Positions 56,901 to 64,000 of a DNA stretch of 64,000 nt are shown here, in pieces. The notes beneath the pieces were generated by a model, which worked only from the letters and a program-made list of their open reading frames with translations, was not told where the DNA came from and searched no databases. The DNA is taken from NCBI GenBank assembly GCA_946965045.2, contig OX337236.1, positions 2,604,001-2,668,000 of the forward strand, read 5' to 3'. Position numbers and translations under genes: made by a program. Each line of letters begins with the position of its first letter. Position 1 is the first letter of the stretch. Source of the stretch: Epithemia pelagica (Eukaryota; Protista; Bacillariophyta).

Positions 56901-59900
56901 ACTGGAACTCGGAGATGCACTAGGAGAAGAACTCGGAGATGCACTGGGAGAACTGCTCGGGGATGAAGATGGCTCGGAGCTTGGACCACTACTTGGAGAT
57001 GAACTTGGTGAAGCACTTGGGGACAAACTCGGGGATGAACTTGGTTCCGAACTTGGGGATGAACTGGGAGATGCACTCGGTGACATACTCGGGGATGAAC
57101 TCGGAAGAGCACTGGGTGATTCACTCGGATTAGAACTAGGAGCATAACATTGCAAGTCCATGCTGTAGCTCAAAATTCCAAATTGCCATCCGTCATGATG
57201 TGCGAAAAACGTGATGGTTACAACATTCTCCTTGTAGAACTTGGGTGTCAAATATACTTCCAAATGTAGGATATGATATCCCGTATGAGCGTTCTCTTCC
57301 TTGGTAAGACTTGCATGTAAACCATTCGAGTATGTCTTGGGATCGTGGAGATTCGTAATATCCCAAATTTCATTGAGATTGTCGTAACTAAAACCAATAC
57401 CTTCGTGTGCGTTAACATTCTTTACAATCAGACTGAAACGCGCGATCACAAGCTCCGTATAAGCTGGAATATGCACACTCTTGGCCACCATAGTATGGTT
57501 CTTCTTCAAAACAGCAACAGGATGAGTTCCCCACATGCCATGGTATGTGTTTACCCATGTATCCACCTCAGCGTCACTATACATCGTACCCGAAGCAAAG
57601 GTTGTACCGTCCGAGTTGCTCGACAAGAAATCGTAACAATCCGGAACCTCCGGGTATGGACATCTGGGAGGGAGGTTACACGGAACTTTGTATGAAAACT
57701 TTTTGATCATAGACTTGTCTTTGTTCATGAACTTATCATGACAAGCTTTATGAATCGAATCGGAATCAAGATAAAGATCTTTGAACGTAATATCCCACGC
57801 GTAAATATCAAACTTGGCAAATCCATCTTCGTCACATTTGGCTGTGTAATTGTCGTGATGACCAAAGCCAACATCCAATCCTCCATCTGCACAAACATAT
57901 TGATCATCCAAGTCATGGTAATGTGTGAAAAAGGCACAAAGAGAACCCTCCTTCACATACTGGTGAACTCCTGCCGTAACACTCTGGTTGTTCCAGGCAT
58001 AAATGGTGATCAAAATGTCCAACGGATAGGCATTGGAATGCTCAATAACATACTTCGCATCATACGGACACTCTTCGGTAGGAGTGCTGCTCGGAGATGA
58101 ACTGGGACTAGAGCTCGGCGATGTACTGGGAGAGGAGCTTGGTGAGCTGCTTGGCGAGGAACTAGGAGATGCGCTAGGTGAGCTGCTGGGTGAGGAACTA
58201 GGCGATTCACTTGGCGAGCTACTCGGAGAGGAACTGGGAGATGTGCTGGGCGAGCTGCTGGGAGCTGAACTGGGAGATGTACTTGGTGATGCACTTGGAC
58301 TAGCACTTGGCTCTGAGCTCGGAGACTCACTAGGATTCCCACTGGAATACGATGGCTTCCAGCTTGGAGAGGAACTTGGACTCGAACTTGGTGAACCACT
58401 TGGGGAGGCACTTGGAGCTGAACTTGGAGAAGAACTTGGACTAGCACTTGGCTCTGAGCTTGGAGACAAACTTGGTCTTGCACTTGGTGAAGAACTTGGA
58501 CTAGCACTCGGAGAAGAACTGGGACTTTCACTCGGAGACGAGCTCGGTTCTGAGCTGGGCGACGAGCTGGGAACGGAACTCGGAGAAGCACTTGGACTAG
58601 AACTAGGACTCGAACTCGGTGAAGAAGATGGTTCAGCACTCGGAGACTCAGATGGACTGGAACTCGGAGAGGCCGAAGGGGACTCAGACGGATGAACACT
58701 TGCAGTGATTGTAGGTGACATCGATGGCGAACTACTTGGAGACTCTGATGGATGAACACTTGCAGTGATTGTAGGTGACATCGATGGCGAACTACTTGGA
58801 CTGGAACTTGGAGATTCACTAGGAGAAGAACTCGGAGATGCACTGGGAGAACTGCTCGGAGATGAAGATGGCTCGGAGCTTGGACTACTACTTGGAGATG
58901 AACTTGGTGAAGCACTTGGGGACAAACTCGGGGATGAACTTGGTTCCGAACTTGGGGATGAACTGGGAGATGCACTCGGTGACATACTCGGAGATGAACT
59001 CGGAAGAGCACTGGGTGATTCACTCGGATTAGAACTAGGAGCATAACATTGCAAGTCCATGCTGTAGCTCAAAATTCCAAATTGCCATCCGTCATGATGT
59101 GCGAAAAACGTGATGGTTACAACATTGTGCTGGTAGAACTTGGGTGTCAAATATACTTCCAAATGTAGGATATGATATCCCGTATGAGCGTTGTCTTCCT
59201 TGGTAAGACTTGCATGTAAACCATTCGAGTATGTCTTGGGATCGTGGAGATTCGTAATATCCCAAATTTCTTCGTCATTGGAGAAACTAAAACCAATACC
59301 TTCGTGTGCGTAAACATTCTTTACAATCAGACTGAAACGCGCGATCACAAGCTCCGTATAAGCTGGAATATGCACACTCTTGGCCACCATAGTATGATTC
59401 TTCTTCAAAACAGCAACAGGATGAGTTCCCCACATGCCATGGTATGTGTTTACCCATGTATCCACCTCAGCGTCACTATACATCGTACCCGAAGCAAAGG
59501 TTGTACCGTCCGAGTTGCTCGACAAGAAATCGTAACAATCCGGAACCTCCGGGTATGGACATCTGGGAGGGAGGTTACACGGAACTTTGTATGAAAACTT
59601 TTTGATCATAGACTTGTCTTTGTTCATGAACTTATCATGACAAGCTTTATGAATCGAATCGGAATCAAGATAAAGATCTTTGAACGTAATATCCCACGCG
59701 TAAATATCAAACTTGGCAAATCCATCTTCGTCACATTTGGCTGTGTAATTGTCGTGATGACCAAAGCCAACATCCAATCCTCCATCTGCACAAACATATT
59801 GATCATCCAAGTCATGGTAATGTGTGAAAAAGGCACAAAGAGAACCCTCCTTCACATACTGGTGAACTCCTGCCGTAACACTCTGGTTGTTCCAGGCATA

Positions 59901-62900
59901 AATGGTGATCAAAATGTCCAACGGATAGGCATTGGAATGCTCAATAACATACTTCGCATCATACGGACACTCTTCGGTAGGAGTGCTGCTCGGAGATGAA
60001 CTGGGACTGGAGCTCGGCGATGTACTGGGAGAGGAGCTTGGTGAGCTGCTTGGCGAGGAACTAGGAGATGCGCTAGGTGAGCTGCTGGGTGAGGAACTAG
60101 GCGATTCACTTGGCGAGCTACTCGGAGAGGAACTGGGAGATGTGCTGGGCGAGCTGCTGGGAGCTGAACTGGGAGATTCACTTGGTGATGCACTTGGACT
60201 TGCACTTGGCTCTGAGCTCGGCGACGCACTGGGATTCTCACTGGAATACGATGGCTTCCAGCTTGGAGAGGAACTTGGACTCGAACTTGGTGAACCACTT
60301 GGGGAGGCACTTGGAGCTGAACTTGGAGAAGAACTTGGACTAGCACTTGGCTCTGAGCTTGGAGACAAACTTGGACTTGAACTTGGTGAAGAACTTGGAC
60401 TAGCACTCGGAGAAGAACTGGGACTTTCACTCGGAGACGAGCTCGGTTCTGAGCTGGGCGACGAGCTGGGAACGGAACTCGGAGAAGCACTTGGACTAGA
60501 ACTAGGACTCGAACTCGGTGAAGAAGATGGTTCAGCACTCGGAGACTCAGATGGACTGGAACTCGGAGAGGCCGAAGGGGACTCAGACGGATGAACACTT
60601 GCAGTGATTGTAGGTGACATCGATGGCGAACTACTTGGAGACTCTGATGGATGAACACTTGCAGTGATTGTGGGTGACATCGATGGCGAACTACTTGGAC
60701 TGGAACTTGGAGATTCACTAGGAGAAGAACTCGGAGATGCACTGGGAGAACTGCTCGGAGATGAAGATGGCTCGGAGCTTGGACTACTACTTGGAGATGA
60801 ACTTGGTGAAGCACTTGGGGACAAACTCGGGGATGAACTTGGTTCCGAACTTGGGGATGAACTGGGAGATGCACTCGGCGTCGATGAGGGACTTTCACTT
60901 GGACTGTTGCTGGGACTGCTGCTCGGTTCGGAACTCGCTATTACTGAAGGAGAAGAGGAAGGCTCGGAACTCGGACTTGAGCTGGGAGAAGAACTCGGGC
61001 TTGAGCTCGGCCCTGCACTTGGTGATTCGCTAGGGTTTTCACTCGGGGAAGAACTGGGGGATGAACTGGGGGTTGAACTTGGTGATTCACTTGGAGCTAA
61101 ACTGGGGGACGAGCTGGGAGAAGAACTCGGAGAAGAACTTGGCGAGTTGCTGGGTGAGGAACTAGGCGATTCACTTGGCGAGCTACTCGGAGTTGAACTG
61201 GGAGATGTGCTGGGCGAGCTGCTCGGAGCTGAACTGGGAGATGCACTTGGTGATGCACTTGGACTTGCACTTGGCTCTGAGCTCGGCGACGCACTAGGAT
61301 TCTCACTGGAATACGATGGCTTCCAGCTTGGAGAGGAACTTGGACTCGAACTTGGTGAACCACTTGGGGAGGCACTTGGAGCTGAACTTGGAGAAGAACT
61401 AGGAGAAGAACTTGGCTCTGAGCTCGGAGACAAACTTGGTCTTGCACTTGGTGAAGAACTTGGACTAGCACTCGGAGAAGAACTGGGACTTTCACTCGGA
61501 GACGAGCTCGGTTCTGAGCTGGGCGACGAGCTGGGAACGGAACTCGGAGAAGCACTTGGACTAGAACTAGGACTCGAACTCGGTGAAGAAGATGGTTCAG
61601 CACTAGGAGACTCAGATGGACTGGAACTCGGAGAGGCCGAAGGGGACTCAGACGGATGAACACTTGCAGTGATTGTAGGTGACATCGATGGCGAACTACT
61701 TGGAGACTCTGATGGATGAACACTTGCAGTGATTGTAGGTGACATCGATGGCGAACTACTTGGACTGGAACTTGGAGATTCACTAGGAAAAGAACTCGGA
61801 GATGCACTGGGAGAACTGCTCGGAGATGAAGATGGCTCGGAGCTTGGACTACTACTTGGAGATGAACTTGGTGAAGCACTTGGGGACAAACTCGGGGATG
61901 AACTTGGTTCCGAACTTGGGGATGAACTGGGAGATGCACTCGGTGACATACTCGGAGATGAACTCGGAAGAGCACTGGGTGATTCACTCGGATTAGAACT
62001 AGGAGCATAACATTGCAAGTCCATGCTGTAGCTCAAAATTCCAAATTGCCATCCGTCATGATGTGCGAAAAACGTGATGGTTACAACATTCTCCTTGTAG
62101 AACTTGGGTGTCAAATATACTTCCAAATGTAGGATATGATATCCCTCAGGGACGTTCTCTTCCTTGGTAAGACTTGCATGTAAACCATTCGAGTATGTCT
62201 TGGGATCGTGGAGATTCGTAATATCCCAAATTTCTTCGTCATTGGAGAAACTAAAACCAATACCTTCGTGTGCGTTAACATTCTTTACAATCAGACTGAA
62301 ACGCGCGATCACAAGCTCCGTATAAGCTGGAATATGCACACTCTTGGCCACCATAGTATGGTTCTTCTTCAAAACAGCAACAGGATGAGTTCCCCACATG
62401 CCATGGTATGTGTTTACCCATGTATCCACCTCAGCGTCACTATACATCGTACCCGAAGCAAAGGTTGTACCGTCCGAGTTGCTCGACAAGAAATCGTAAC
62501 AATCCGGAACCTCCGGGTATGGACATCTGGGAGGGAGGTTACACGGAACTTTGTATGAAAACTTTTTGATCATAGACTTGTCTTTGTTCATGAACTTATC
62601 ATGACAAGCTTTATGAATCGAATCGGAATCAAGATAAAGATCTTTGAACGTAATATCCCACGCGTAAATATCAAACTTGGCAAATCCATCTTCGTCACAT
62701 TTGGCTGTGTAATTGTCGTGATGACCAAAGCCAACATCCAATCCTCCATCTGCACAAACATATTGATCATCCAAGTCATGGTAATGTGTGAAAAAGGCAC
62801 AAAGAGAACCCTCCTTCACATACTGGTGAACTCCTGCCGTAACACTCTGGTTGTTCCAGGCATAAATGGTGATCAAAATGTCCAACGGATAAGCATTGGA

Positions 62901-64000
62901 ATGCTCAATAACATACTTCGCATCATACGGACACTCTTCGGTAGGAGTGCTGCTCGGAGATGAACTGGGACTAGAGCTCGGCGATGTACTGGGAGAGGAG
63001 CTTGGTGAGCTGCTTGGCGAGGAACTAGGAGATGCGCTAGGTGAGCTGCTGGGTGAGGAACTAGGCGATTCACTTGGCGAGCTACTCGGAGAGGAACTGG
63101 GAGATGTGCTGGGCGAGCTGCTAGGAGCTGAACTGGGAGATGCACTTGGTGATGCACTTGGACTTGCACTTGGCTCTGAGCTCGGCGACGCACTGGGATT
63201 CTCACTGGAATACGATGGCTTCCAGCTTGGAGAGGAACTTGGACTCGAACTTGGTGAACCACTTGGGGAGGCACTTGGAGCTGAACTTGGAGAAGAACTA
63301 GGAGAAGAACTTGGCTCTGAGCTCGGAGACAAACTTGGACTTGAACTTGGTGAAGAACTTGGACTAGCACTCGGAGAAGAACTGGGACTTTCACTCGGAG
63401 ACGAGCTCGGTTCTGAGCTGGGCGACGAGCTGGGAACGGAACTCGGAGAAGCACTTGGACTAGAACTAGGACTCGAACTCGGTGAAGAAGATGGTTCAGC
63501 ACTCGGAGACTCAGATGGACTGGAACTCGGAGAGGCCGAAGGGGACTCAGACGGATGAACACTTGCAGTGATTGTAGGTGTCATCGATGGCGAACTACTT
63601 GGAGACTCTGATGGGTGAACACTTGCAGTGATTGTAGGTGACATCGATGGCGAACTACTTGGACTGGAACTAGGAGATTCACTAGGAGAAGAACTCGGAG
63701 ATGCACTGGGAGAACTGCTCGGAGATGAAGATGGCTCGGAGCTTGGACTACTACTTGGAGATGAACTTGGTGAAGCACTTGGGGACAAACTCGGGGATGA
63801 ACTTGGTTCCGAACTTGGGGATGAACTGGGAGATGCACTCGGCGTCGATGAGGGACTTTCACTTGGACTGTTGCTGGGACTGCTGCTCGGTTCGGAACTC
63901 GCTGTTACTGAAGGAGAAGAGGAAGGCTCGGAACTCGGACTTGAGCTGGGAGAAGAACTCGGGCTTGAGCTCGGCCCTGCACTTGGTGATTCGCTAGGGT
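44991..64000 (-). CDS. Giant repetitive extracellular-type protein (over 6265 aa, 5'-truncated by the window edge): Ser-Pro linkers plus 13 Cys-rich A-B domain pairs
   Basis: Single uninterrupted frame from the window end to TAA at 44991. The track's start at 63788 is a TTG inside an open frame. Eight near-identical 311-aa modules plus five divergent C-terminal ones. Confidence 0.9.
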   Translation of the reverse strand, partial: PSESPSAGPSSSPSSSPSSSPSSEPSSSPSVTASSEPSSSPSNSPSESPSSTPSASPSSSPSSEPSSSPSLSPSASPSSSPSSSPSSEPSSSPSSSPSASPSSSPSESPSSSPSSSPSMSPTITASVHPSESPSSSPSMTPTITASVHPSESPSASPSSSPSESPSAEPSSSPSSSPSSSPSASPSSVPSSSPSSEPSSSPSESPSSSPSASPSSSPSSSPSLSPSSEPSSSPSSSPSSAPSASPSGSPSSSPSSSPSWKPSYSSENPSASPSSEPSASPSASPSASPSSAPSSSPSTSPSSSPSSSPSESPSSSPSSSPSASPSSSPSSSPSSSPSTSPSSSPSSSPSSTPTEECPYDAKYVIEHSNAYPLDILITIYAWNNQSVTAGVHQYVKEGSLCAFFTHYHDLDDQYVCADGGLDVGFGHHDNYTAKCDEDGFAKFDIYAWDITFKDLYLDSDSIHKACHDKFMNKDKSMIKKFSYKVPCNLPPRCPYPEVPDCYDFLSSNSDGTTFASGTMYSDAEVDTWVNTYHGMWGTHPVAVLKKNHTMVAKSVHIPAYTELVIARFSLIVKNVNAHEGIGFSFSNDEEIWDITNLHDPKTYSNGLHASLTKEENVPEGYHILHLEVYLTPKFYKENVVTITFFAHHDGWQFGILSYSMDLQCYAPSSNPSESPSALPSSSPSMSPSASPSSSPSSEPSSSPSLSPSASPSSSPSSSPSSEPSSSPSSSPSASPSSFPSESPSSSPSSSPSMSPTITASVHPSESPSSSPSMSPTITASVHPSESPSASPSSSPSESPSAEPSSSPSSSPSSSPSASPSSVPSSSPSSEPSSSPSESPSSSPSASPSSSPSARPSLSPSSEPSSSPSSSPSSAPSASPSGSPSSSPSSSPSWKPSYSSENPSASPSSEPSASPSASPSASPSSAPSSSPSTSPSSTPSSSPSESPSSSPSNSPSSSPSSSPSSSPSLAPSESPSSTPSSSPSSSPSENPSESPSAGPSSSPSSSPSSSPSSEPSSSPSVIASSEPSSSPSNSPSESPSSTPSASPSSSPSSEPSSSPSLSPSASPSSSPSSSPSSEPSSSPSSSPSASPSSSPSESPSSSPSSSPSMSPTITASVHPSESPSSSPSMSPTITASVHPSESPSASPSSSPSESPSAEPSSSPSSSPSSSPSASPSSVPSSSPSSEPSSSPSESPSSSPSASPSSSPSSSPSLSPSSEPSASPSSSPSSAPSASPSGSPSSSPSSSPSWKPSYSSENPSASPSSEPSASPSASPSESPSSAPSSSPSTSPSSSPSSSPSESPSSSPSSSPSASPSSSPSSSPSSSPSTSPSSSPSSSPSSTPTEECPYDAKYVIEHSNAYPLDILITIYAWNNQSVTAGVHQYVKEGSLCAFFTHYHDLDDQYVCADGGLDVGFGHHDNYTAKCDEDGFAKFDIYAWDITFKDLYLDSDSIHKACHDKFMNKDKSMIKKFSYKVPCNLPPRCPYPEVPDCYDFLSSNSDGTTFASGTMYSDAEVDTWVNTYHGMWGTHPVAVLKKNHTMVAKSVHIPAYTELVIARFSLIVKNVYAHEGIGFSFSNDEEIWDITNLHDPKTYSNGLHASLTKEDNAHTGYHILHLEVYLTPKFYQHNVVTITFFAHHDGWQFGILSYSMDLQCYAPSSNPSESPSALPSSSPSMSPSASPSSSPSSEPSSSPSLSPSASPSSSPSSSPSSEPSSSPSSSPSASPSSSPSESPSSSPSSSPSMSPTITASVHPSESPSSSPSMSPTITASVHPSESPSASPSSSPSESPSAEPSSSPSSSPSSSPSASPSSVPSSSPSSEPSSSPSESPSSSPSASPSSSPSARPSLSPSSEPSASPSSSPSSAPSASPSGSPSSSPSSSPSWKPSYSSGNPSESPSSEPSASPSASPSTSPSSAPSSSPSTSPSSSPSSSPSESPSSSPSSSPSASPSSSPSSSPSSSPSTSPSSSPSSSPSSTPTEECPYDAKYVIEHSNAYPLDILITIYAWNNQSVTAGVHQYVKEGSLCAFFTHYHDLDDQYVCADGGLDVGFGHHDNYTAKCDEDGFAKFDIYAWDITFKDLYLDSDSIHKACHDKFMNKDKSMIKKFSYKVPCNLPPRCPYPEVPDCYDFLSSNSDGTTFASGTMYSDAEVDTWVNTYHGMWGTHPVAVLKKNHTMVAKSVHIPAYTELVIARFSLIVKNVNAHEGIGFSYDNLNEIWDITNLHDPKTYSNGLHASLTKEENAHTGYHILHLEVYLTPKFYKENVVTITFFAHHDGWQFGILSYSMDLQCYAPSSNPSESPSALPSSSPSMSPSASPSSSPSSEPSSSPSLSPSASPSSSPSSGPSSEPSSSPSSSPSASPSSSPSASPSSSPSSSPSMSPTITASVHPSESPSSSPSMSPTITASVHPSESPSASPSSSPSESPSSEPSSAPSSSPSSSPSASPSSVPSSSPSSEPSSSPSESPSSSPSASPSSSPSSSPSSSPSWKPSYSSENPSESPSSEPSASPSASPSESPSSAPSSSPSTSPSSSPSSSPSESPSSSPSSSPSASPSSSPSSSPSSSPSTSPSSSPSSSPSSTPTEECPYDAKYVIEHSNAYPLDILITIYAWNNQSVTAGVHQYVKEGSLCAFFTHYHDLDDQYVCADGGLDVGFGHHDNYTAKCDEDGFAKFDIYAWDITFKDLYLDSDSIHKACHDKFMNKDKSMIKKFSYKVPCNLPPRCPYPEVPDCYDFLSSNSDGTTFASGTMYSDAEVDTWVNTYHGMWGTYPVAVLKKNHTMVAKSVHIPAYTELVIARFSLIVKNVNAHEGIGFSFSNDEEIWDITNLHDPKTYSNGLHASLTKEENVPEGYHILHLEVYLTPKFYQENVVTITFFAHHDGWQFGILSYSMDLQCYAPSSNPSESPSALPSSSPSMSPSASPSSSPSSEPSSSPSSEPSSSPSSSPSSSPSSSPSASPSASPSSEPSFNPSSSPSFSPSSEPSSPPSMTSSSEPSSSPSSSPSASPSSLPSSSPSASPSSSPSASPSSSPSASPSSSPSSSPSMSPTITASVHPSESPSSSPSNQPTITASDHPSESPSASPSESPSESPSSEPSSAPSSDPSSSPSSSPSAVPSSSPSSNPSSSPSESPSSSPSESPSSSPSESPSAVPSSSPSWKPSYSSANPSSSPSTSPSSSPSESPSSAPSSSPSSSPSSSPSSSPSSSPSASPSSSPSSSPSSSPSTSPSSSPSSSPSSTPTEECPYDAKYVIEHSNAYPLDILIPIYAWNNQSVTAGVHQYVKEGSLCAFFTHYHDLDDQYVCADGGLDVGFGHHDNYTAKCDEDGFAKFDIYAWDITFKDLYLDSDSIHKACHDKFMNKDKSMIKKFSYKVPCNLPPRCPYPEVPDCYDFLSSNSDGTTFASGTMYSDAEVDTWVNTYHGMWGTHPVAVLKKNHTMVAKSVHIPAYTELVIARFSLIVKNVNAHEGIGFSFSNDEEIWDITNLHDPKTYSNGLHASLTKEENAHTGYHILHLEVYLTPKFYQHNVVTITFFTHHDGWQFGILSYSMDLQCYAPSSNPSESPSALPSSSPSMSPSASPSSSPSSSPSASPSSSPSSSPSSSPSTSPSSSPSSSPSSTPTEECPYDAKYVIEHSNAYPLDILITIYAWNNQSVTAGVHQYVKEGSLCAFFTHYHDLDDQYVCADGGLDVGFGHHDNYTAKCDEDGFAKFDIYAWDITFKDLYLDSDSIHKACHDKFMNKDKSMIKKFSYKVPCNLPPRCPYPEVPDCYDFLSSNSDGTTFASGTMYSDAEVDTWVNTYHGMWATHPVAVLKKNHTMVAKSVHIPAYTELVIARFSLIVKNVNAHEGIGFSFSNDEEIWDITNLHDPKTYSNGLHASLTKEENAHTGYHILHLEVYLTPKFYQHNVVTITFFTHHDGWQFGILSYSMDLQCYAPSSNPSESPSALPSSSPSMSPSASPSSSPSSSPSASPSSSPSSSPSSSPSTSPSSSPSSSPSSTPTEECPYDAKYVIEHSNAYPLDILITIYAWNNQSVTAGVHQYVKEGSLCAFFTHYHDLDDQYVCADGGLDVGFGHHDNYTAKCDEDGFAKFDIYAWDITFKDLYLDSDSIHKACHDKFMNKDKSMIKKFSYKVPCNLPPRCPYPEVPDCYDFLSSNSDGTTFASGTMYSDAEVDTWVNTYHGMWATHPVAVLKKNHTMVAKSVHIPAYTELVIARFSLIVKNVNAHEGIGFSFSNDEEIWDITNLHDPKTYSNGLHASLTKEENAHTGYHILHLEVYLTPKFYQHNVVTITFFTHHDGWQFGILSYSMDLQCYAPSSNPSESPSALPSSSPSMSPSASPSSSPSSSPSASPSSSPSSSPSSSPSTSPSSSPSSSPSSTPTEECPYDAKYVIEHSNAYPLDILITIYAWNNQSVTAGVHQYVKEGSLCAFFTHYHDLDDQYVCADGGLDVGFGHHDNYTAKCDEDGFAKFDIYAWDITFKDLYLDSDSIHKACHDKFMNKDKSMIKKFSYKVPCNLPPRCPYPEVPDCYDFLSSNSDGTTFASGTMYSDAEVDTWVNTYHGMWGTHPVAVLKKNHTMVAKSVHIPAYTELVIARFSLIVKNVNAHEGIGFSFSNDEEIWDITNLHDPKTYSNGLHASLTKEENAHTGYHILHLEVYLTPRFYQHNVVTITFFTHHDGWQFGILSYSMDLQCYAPSSNPSESPSALPSSSPSMSPSASPSSSPSSEPSSSPSSEPSTAPSVSDSEAPSESPSESPSSSPSSSPSSSPSSNPSLAPTADYSVHPSESPSNSPSESPSSSPSSSPSLSPSSSPSSLFFDTCPYSAIFLGEPEAAPFHNLITIYAWDKETVTVEVHQHVKKTSLCGLMIDFEEHSGGTRVCHTGGANVPYGRSDRYTAKCDEYGYAYFDIYAFDTTYTSVVHDIPKDCSGENIIPSSGEQVKKFSYKVPCMLYDFCEHPGPSDCDSFYEENGHGVILSEDMKLQEHVDSYLDGVAGEIGDRKHLVLIPAPYWLFKNIWVPSKTETVGMEIVIVEKIENRPHHIIVSLDDKHSRVKIPQGDSDVELPNKVYLKVEDLHWGTEDYYARKIWLHFQPHHYPHDVLKVGFRVAHGIVGIESMHVSMQCYTPSSPPSTSPSALPSASPSSSPSASPSLSPSSMPSSSPSKFCPDSVHMESSASEEEYSLVKIAAAGNNEIMLDVFQYLAPTVEELATYLPGNEESGVGSECYNEKKGTNMDTPYGHVGRYTVVCVKDMAEIDVYVRDSSFSEDADHNPPEGCAISSSDNVKHFRYMVECVENPRCPYPVLEECVDVLARSSDVNVHEIMFDDMVDGNGVEEYIGAIPGSFGHEGDKIDAAVIAGNSPIHVYRSLSVPKNTAQVTVSFMTLEHKDESRPANMTLSGSNFEIPIYHEDRENELLDNGVHIHHVKTMDMKSISDVVIRQFTLVFSSSHNHYPSDVFGILIVIPKGTLGIKDFSVDIQCYAPTAAPTLTPTSVPTSVPTLPPTDVCPYVQDATPPGNNSIDIATHEYDIPVQAISYNSSAVVVAVDQLWWNDPVCKYAAYYKRYDSTKPIQPNEHMCDEQNEVAHGESFEYTIQCYQGMAQIEIFLYEPMFPENPTHHHVYGQCSDMKSISESDKIQRFIYEFPCEEMRPICEPEDYDCDDDVTRSIRDWSSTVSSNHYNYTSRTYIPPSSSVSLSVKFTLDVKHDGDLMVSVGKKPTLKMGHFAAIGRDNSFEYTFGDEVPVSVSCTVGSRSATSQCDVTMFVDADMFDDIFYLGFSFKDGHFVVDNVSIYAYCEGCPYVEQMEPSSSITHNPLEPPIYILDYGHTDVTFLVKQEFLDDTLCLLSVLYHKKEHGGIVETCADSSNVEPGEPEVHTAQCVNGKVTVTIFAYDEKLVAGDHIDVPEKCHVIDSDHTHKYVFTLPCSYGPPACKPEEDEPCGSEVTKTAGDWSTYLSHYGTKIVGQTYILPEKTSSITAEFSFTKEAPGDLIVMAGKHDFRIGTFAPGDSEDHLSGQFSENVGVVVSCYPSTTHCHVGMTVPSSFFQTPDVFFLAFKTQVGTLTVDVDSVRVRSNCESRCPAEIDWGTTKPPIPHSAVRLIRQTPTTVTVKVAQEWTNSVCRMLVNYTDNYLSTPHCHDNHAVPYGELKDEFTIDCAADGYARGTVHAFDEFFGDVIEGTLAMKCPDPKSFHESGYRLDFAYPCDVYCPTPEPERMPIQIDALGLAQTVKENGKKFIKIPRDIEAGRTVVLPPSLTTLTIKFDLHKSRGPAGTLLLTVGYTRLHLDSFSVGTRDDDSYYMDAYEPNDVFVSISSSSSTKTSFTITISNIEPFSYDRRVNFAIEMKNMDITVSPIYMNGS
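49974..62933 (-). repeat. Eight near-identical 933-bp coding modules (49974-50906, 51108-52040, 52242-53174, 53376-54308, 55335-56267, 57138-58070, 59037-59969, 62001-62933)
   Basis: CPYDAK...LQCYAP module. Periods 1134, 1134, 1134, 1959, 1803, 1899 and 2964 bp, read from the repeated antisense ORFs in the track. Confidence 0.95.

Noticed and set aside
49974-62933. CRISPR-like or satellite interpretation of the regular repeats
   Set aside because: The units are 0.9-3 kb, in frame and coding, with no short repeat-spacer structure and no cas genes.
49490-63997. Repeated ELGELLG-type antisense ORFs and VLLRVHL-type alternate-frame ORFs
   Set aside because: Shadows of the Ser-Pro codon repeats and of the duplicated modules.

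Overview
Eukaryotic, intron-poor DNA whose gene families and copia-type element point to a pennate diatom (inference). Left arm (0.6-19.2 kb): a convergent pair of Ser/Thr-rich paralogues sharing an unrecognised 45-aa motif, an FkbM-family methyltransferase, a multi C-type-lectin surface protein, a VWA/Zn-finger/alpha-kinase, an opine dehydrogenase and a decayed compact ABC gene. Middle (19.2-33.3 kb): a two-ORF non-LTR retrotransposon of CRE/RLE type (ZnF-RT-Zn knuckle-restriction-like endonuclease) interrupted by a very young 6757-bp Ty1/copia LTR element. That LTR element has non-canonical TA...TA ends, a 5-bp TSD, a primer-binding site that reads like the anticodon arm of tRNA-Asn(GUU), and no integrase core. 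Right arm: a hypothetical gene, an Mpv17/PMP22 protein, the near-intact paralogue of the compact (NBD-TMD)x2 ABC gene split by one in-frame TGA, QSOX, and the 3' ~19 kb of a giant gene (over 6265 aa, running off the window) made of 13 Cys-rich domain pairs separated by Ser-Pro linkers. All alignments were done by eye and no database searches were run.
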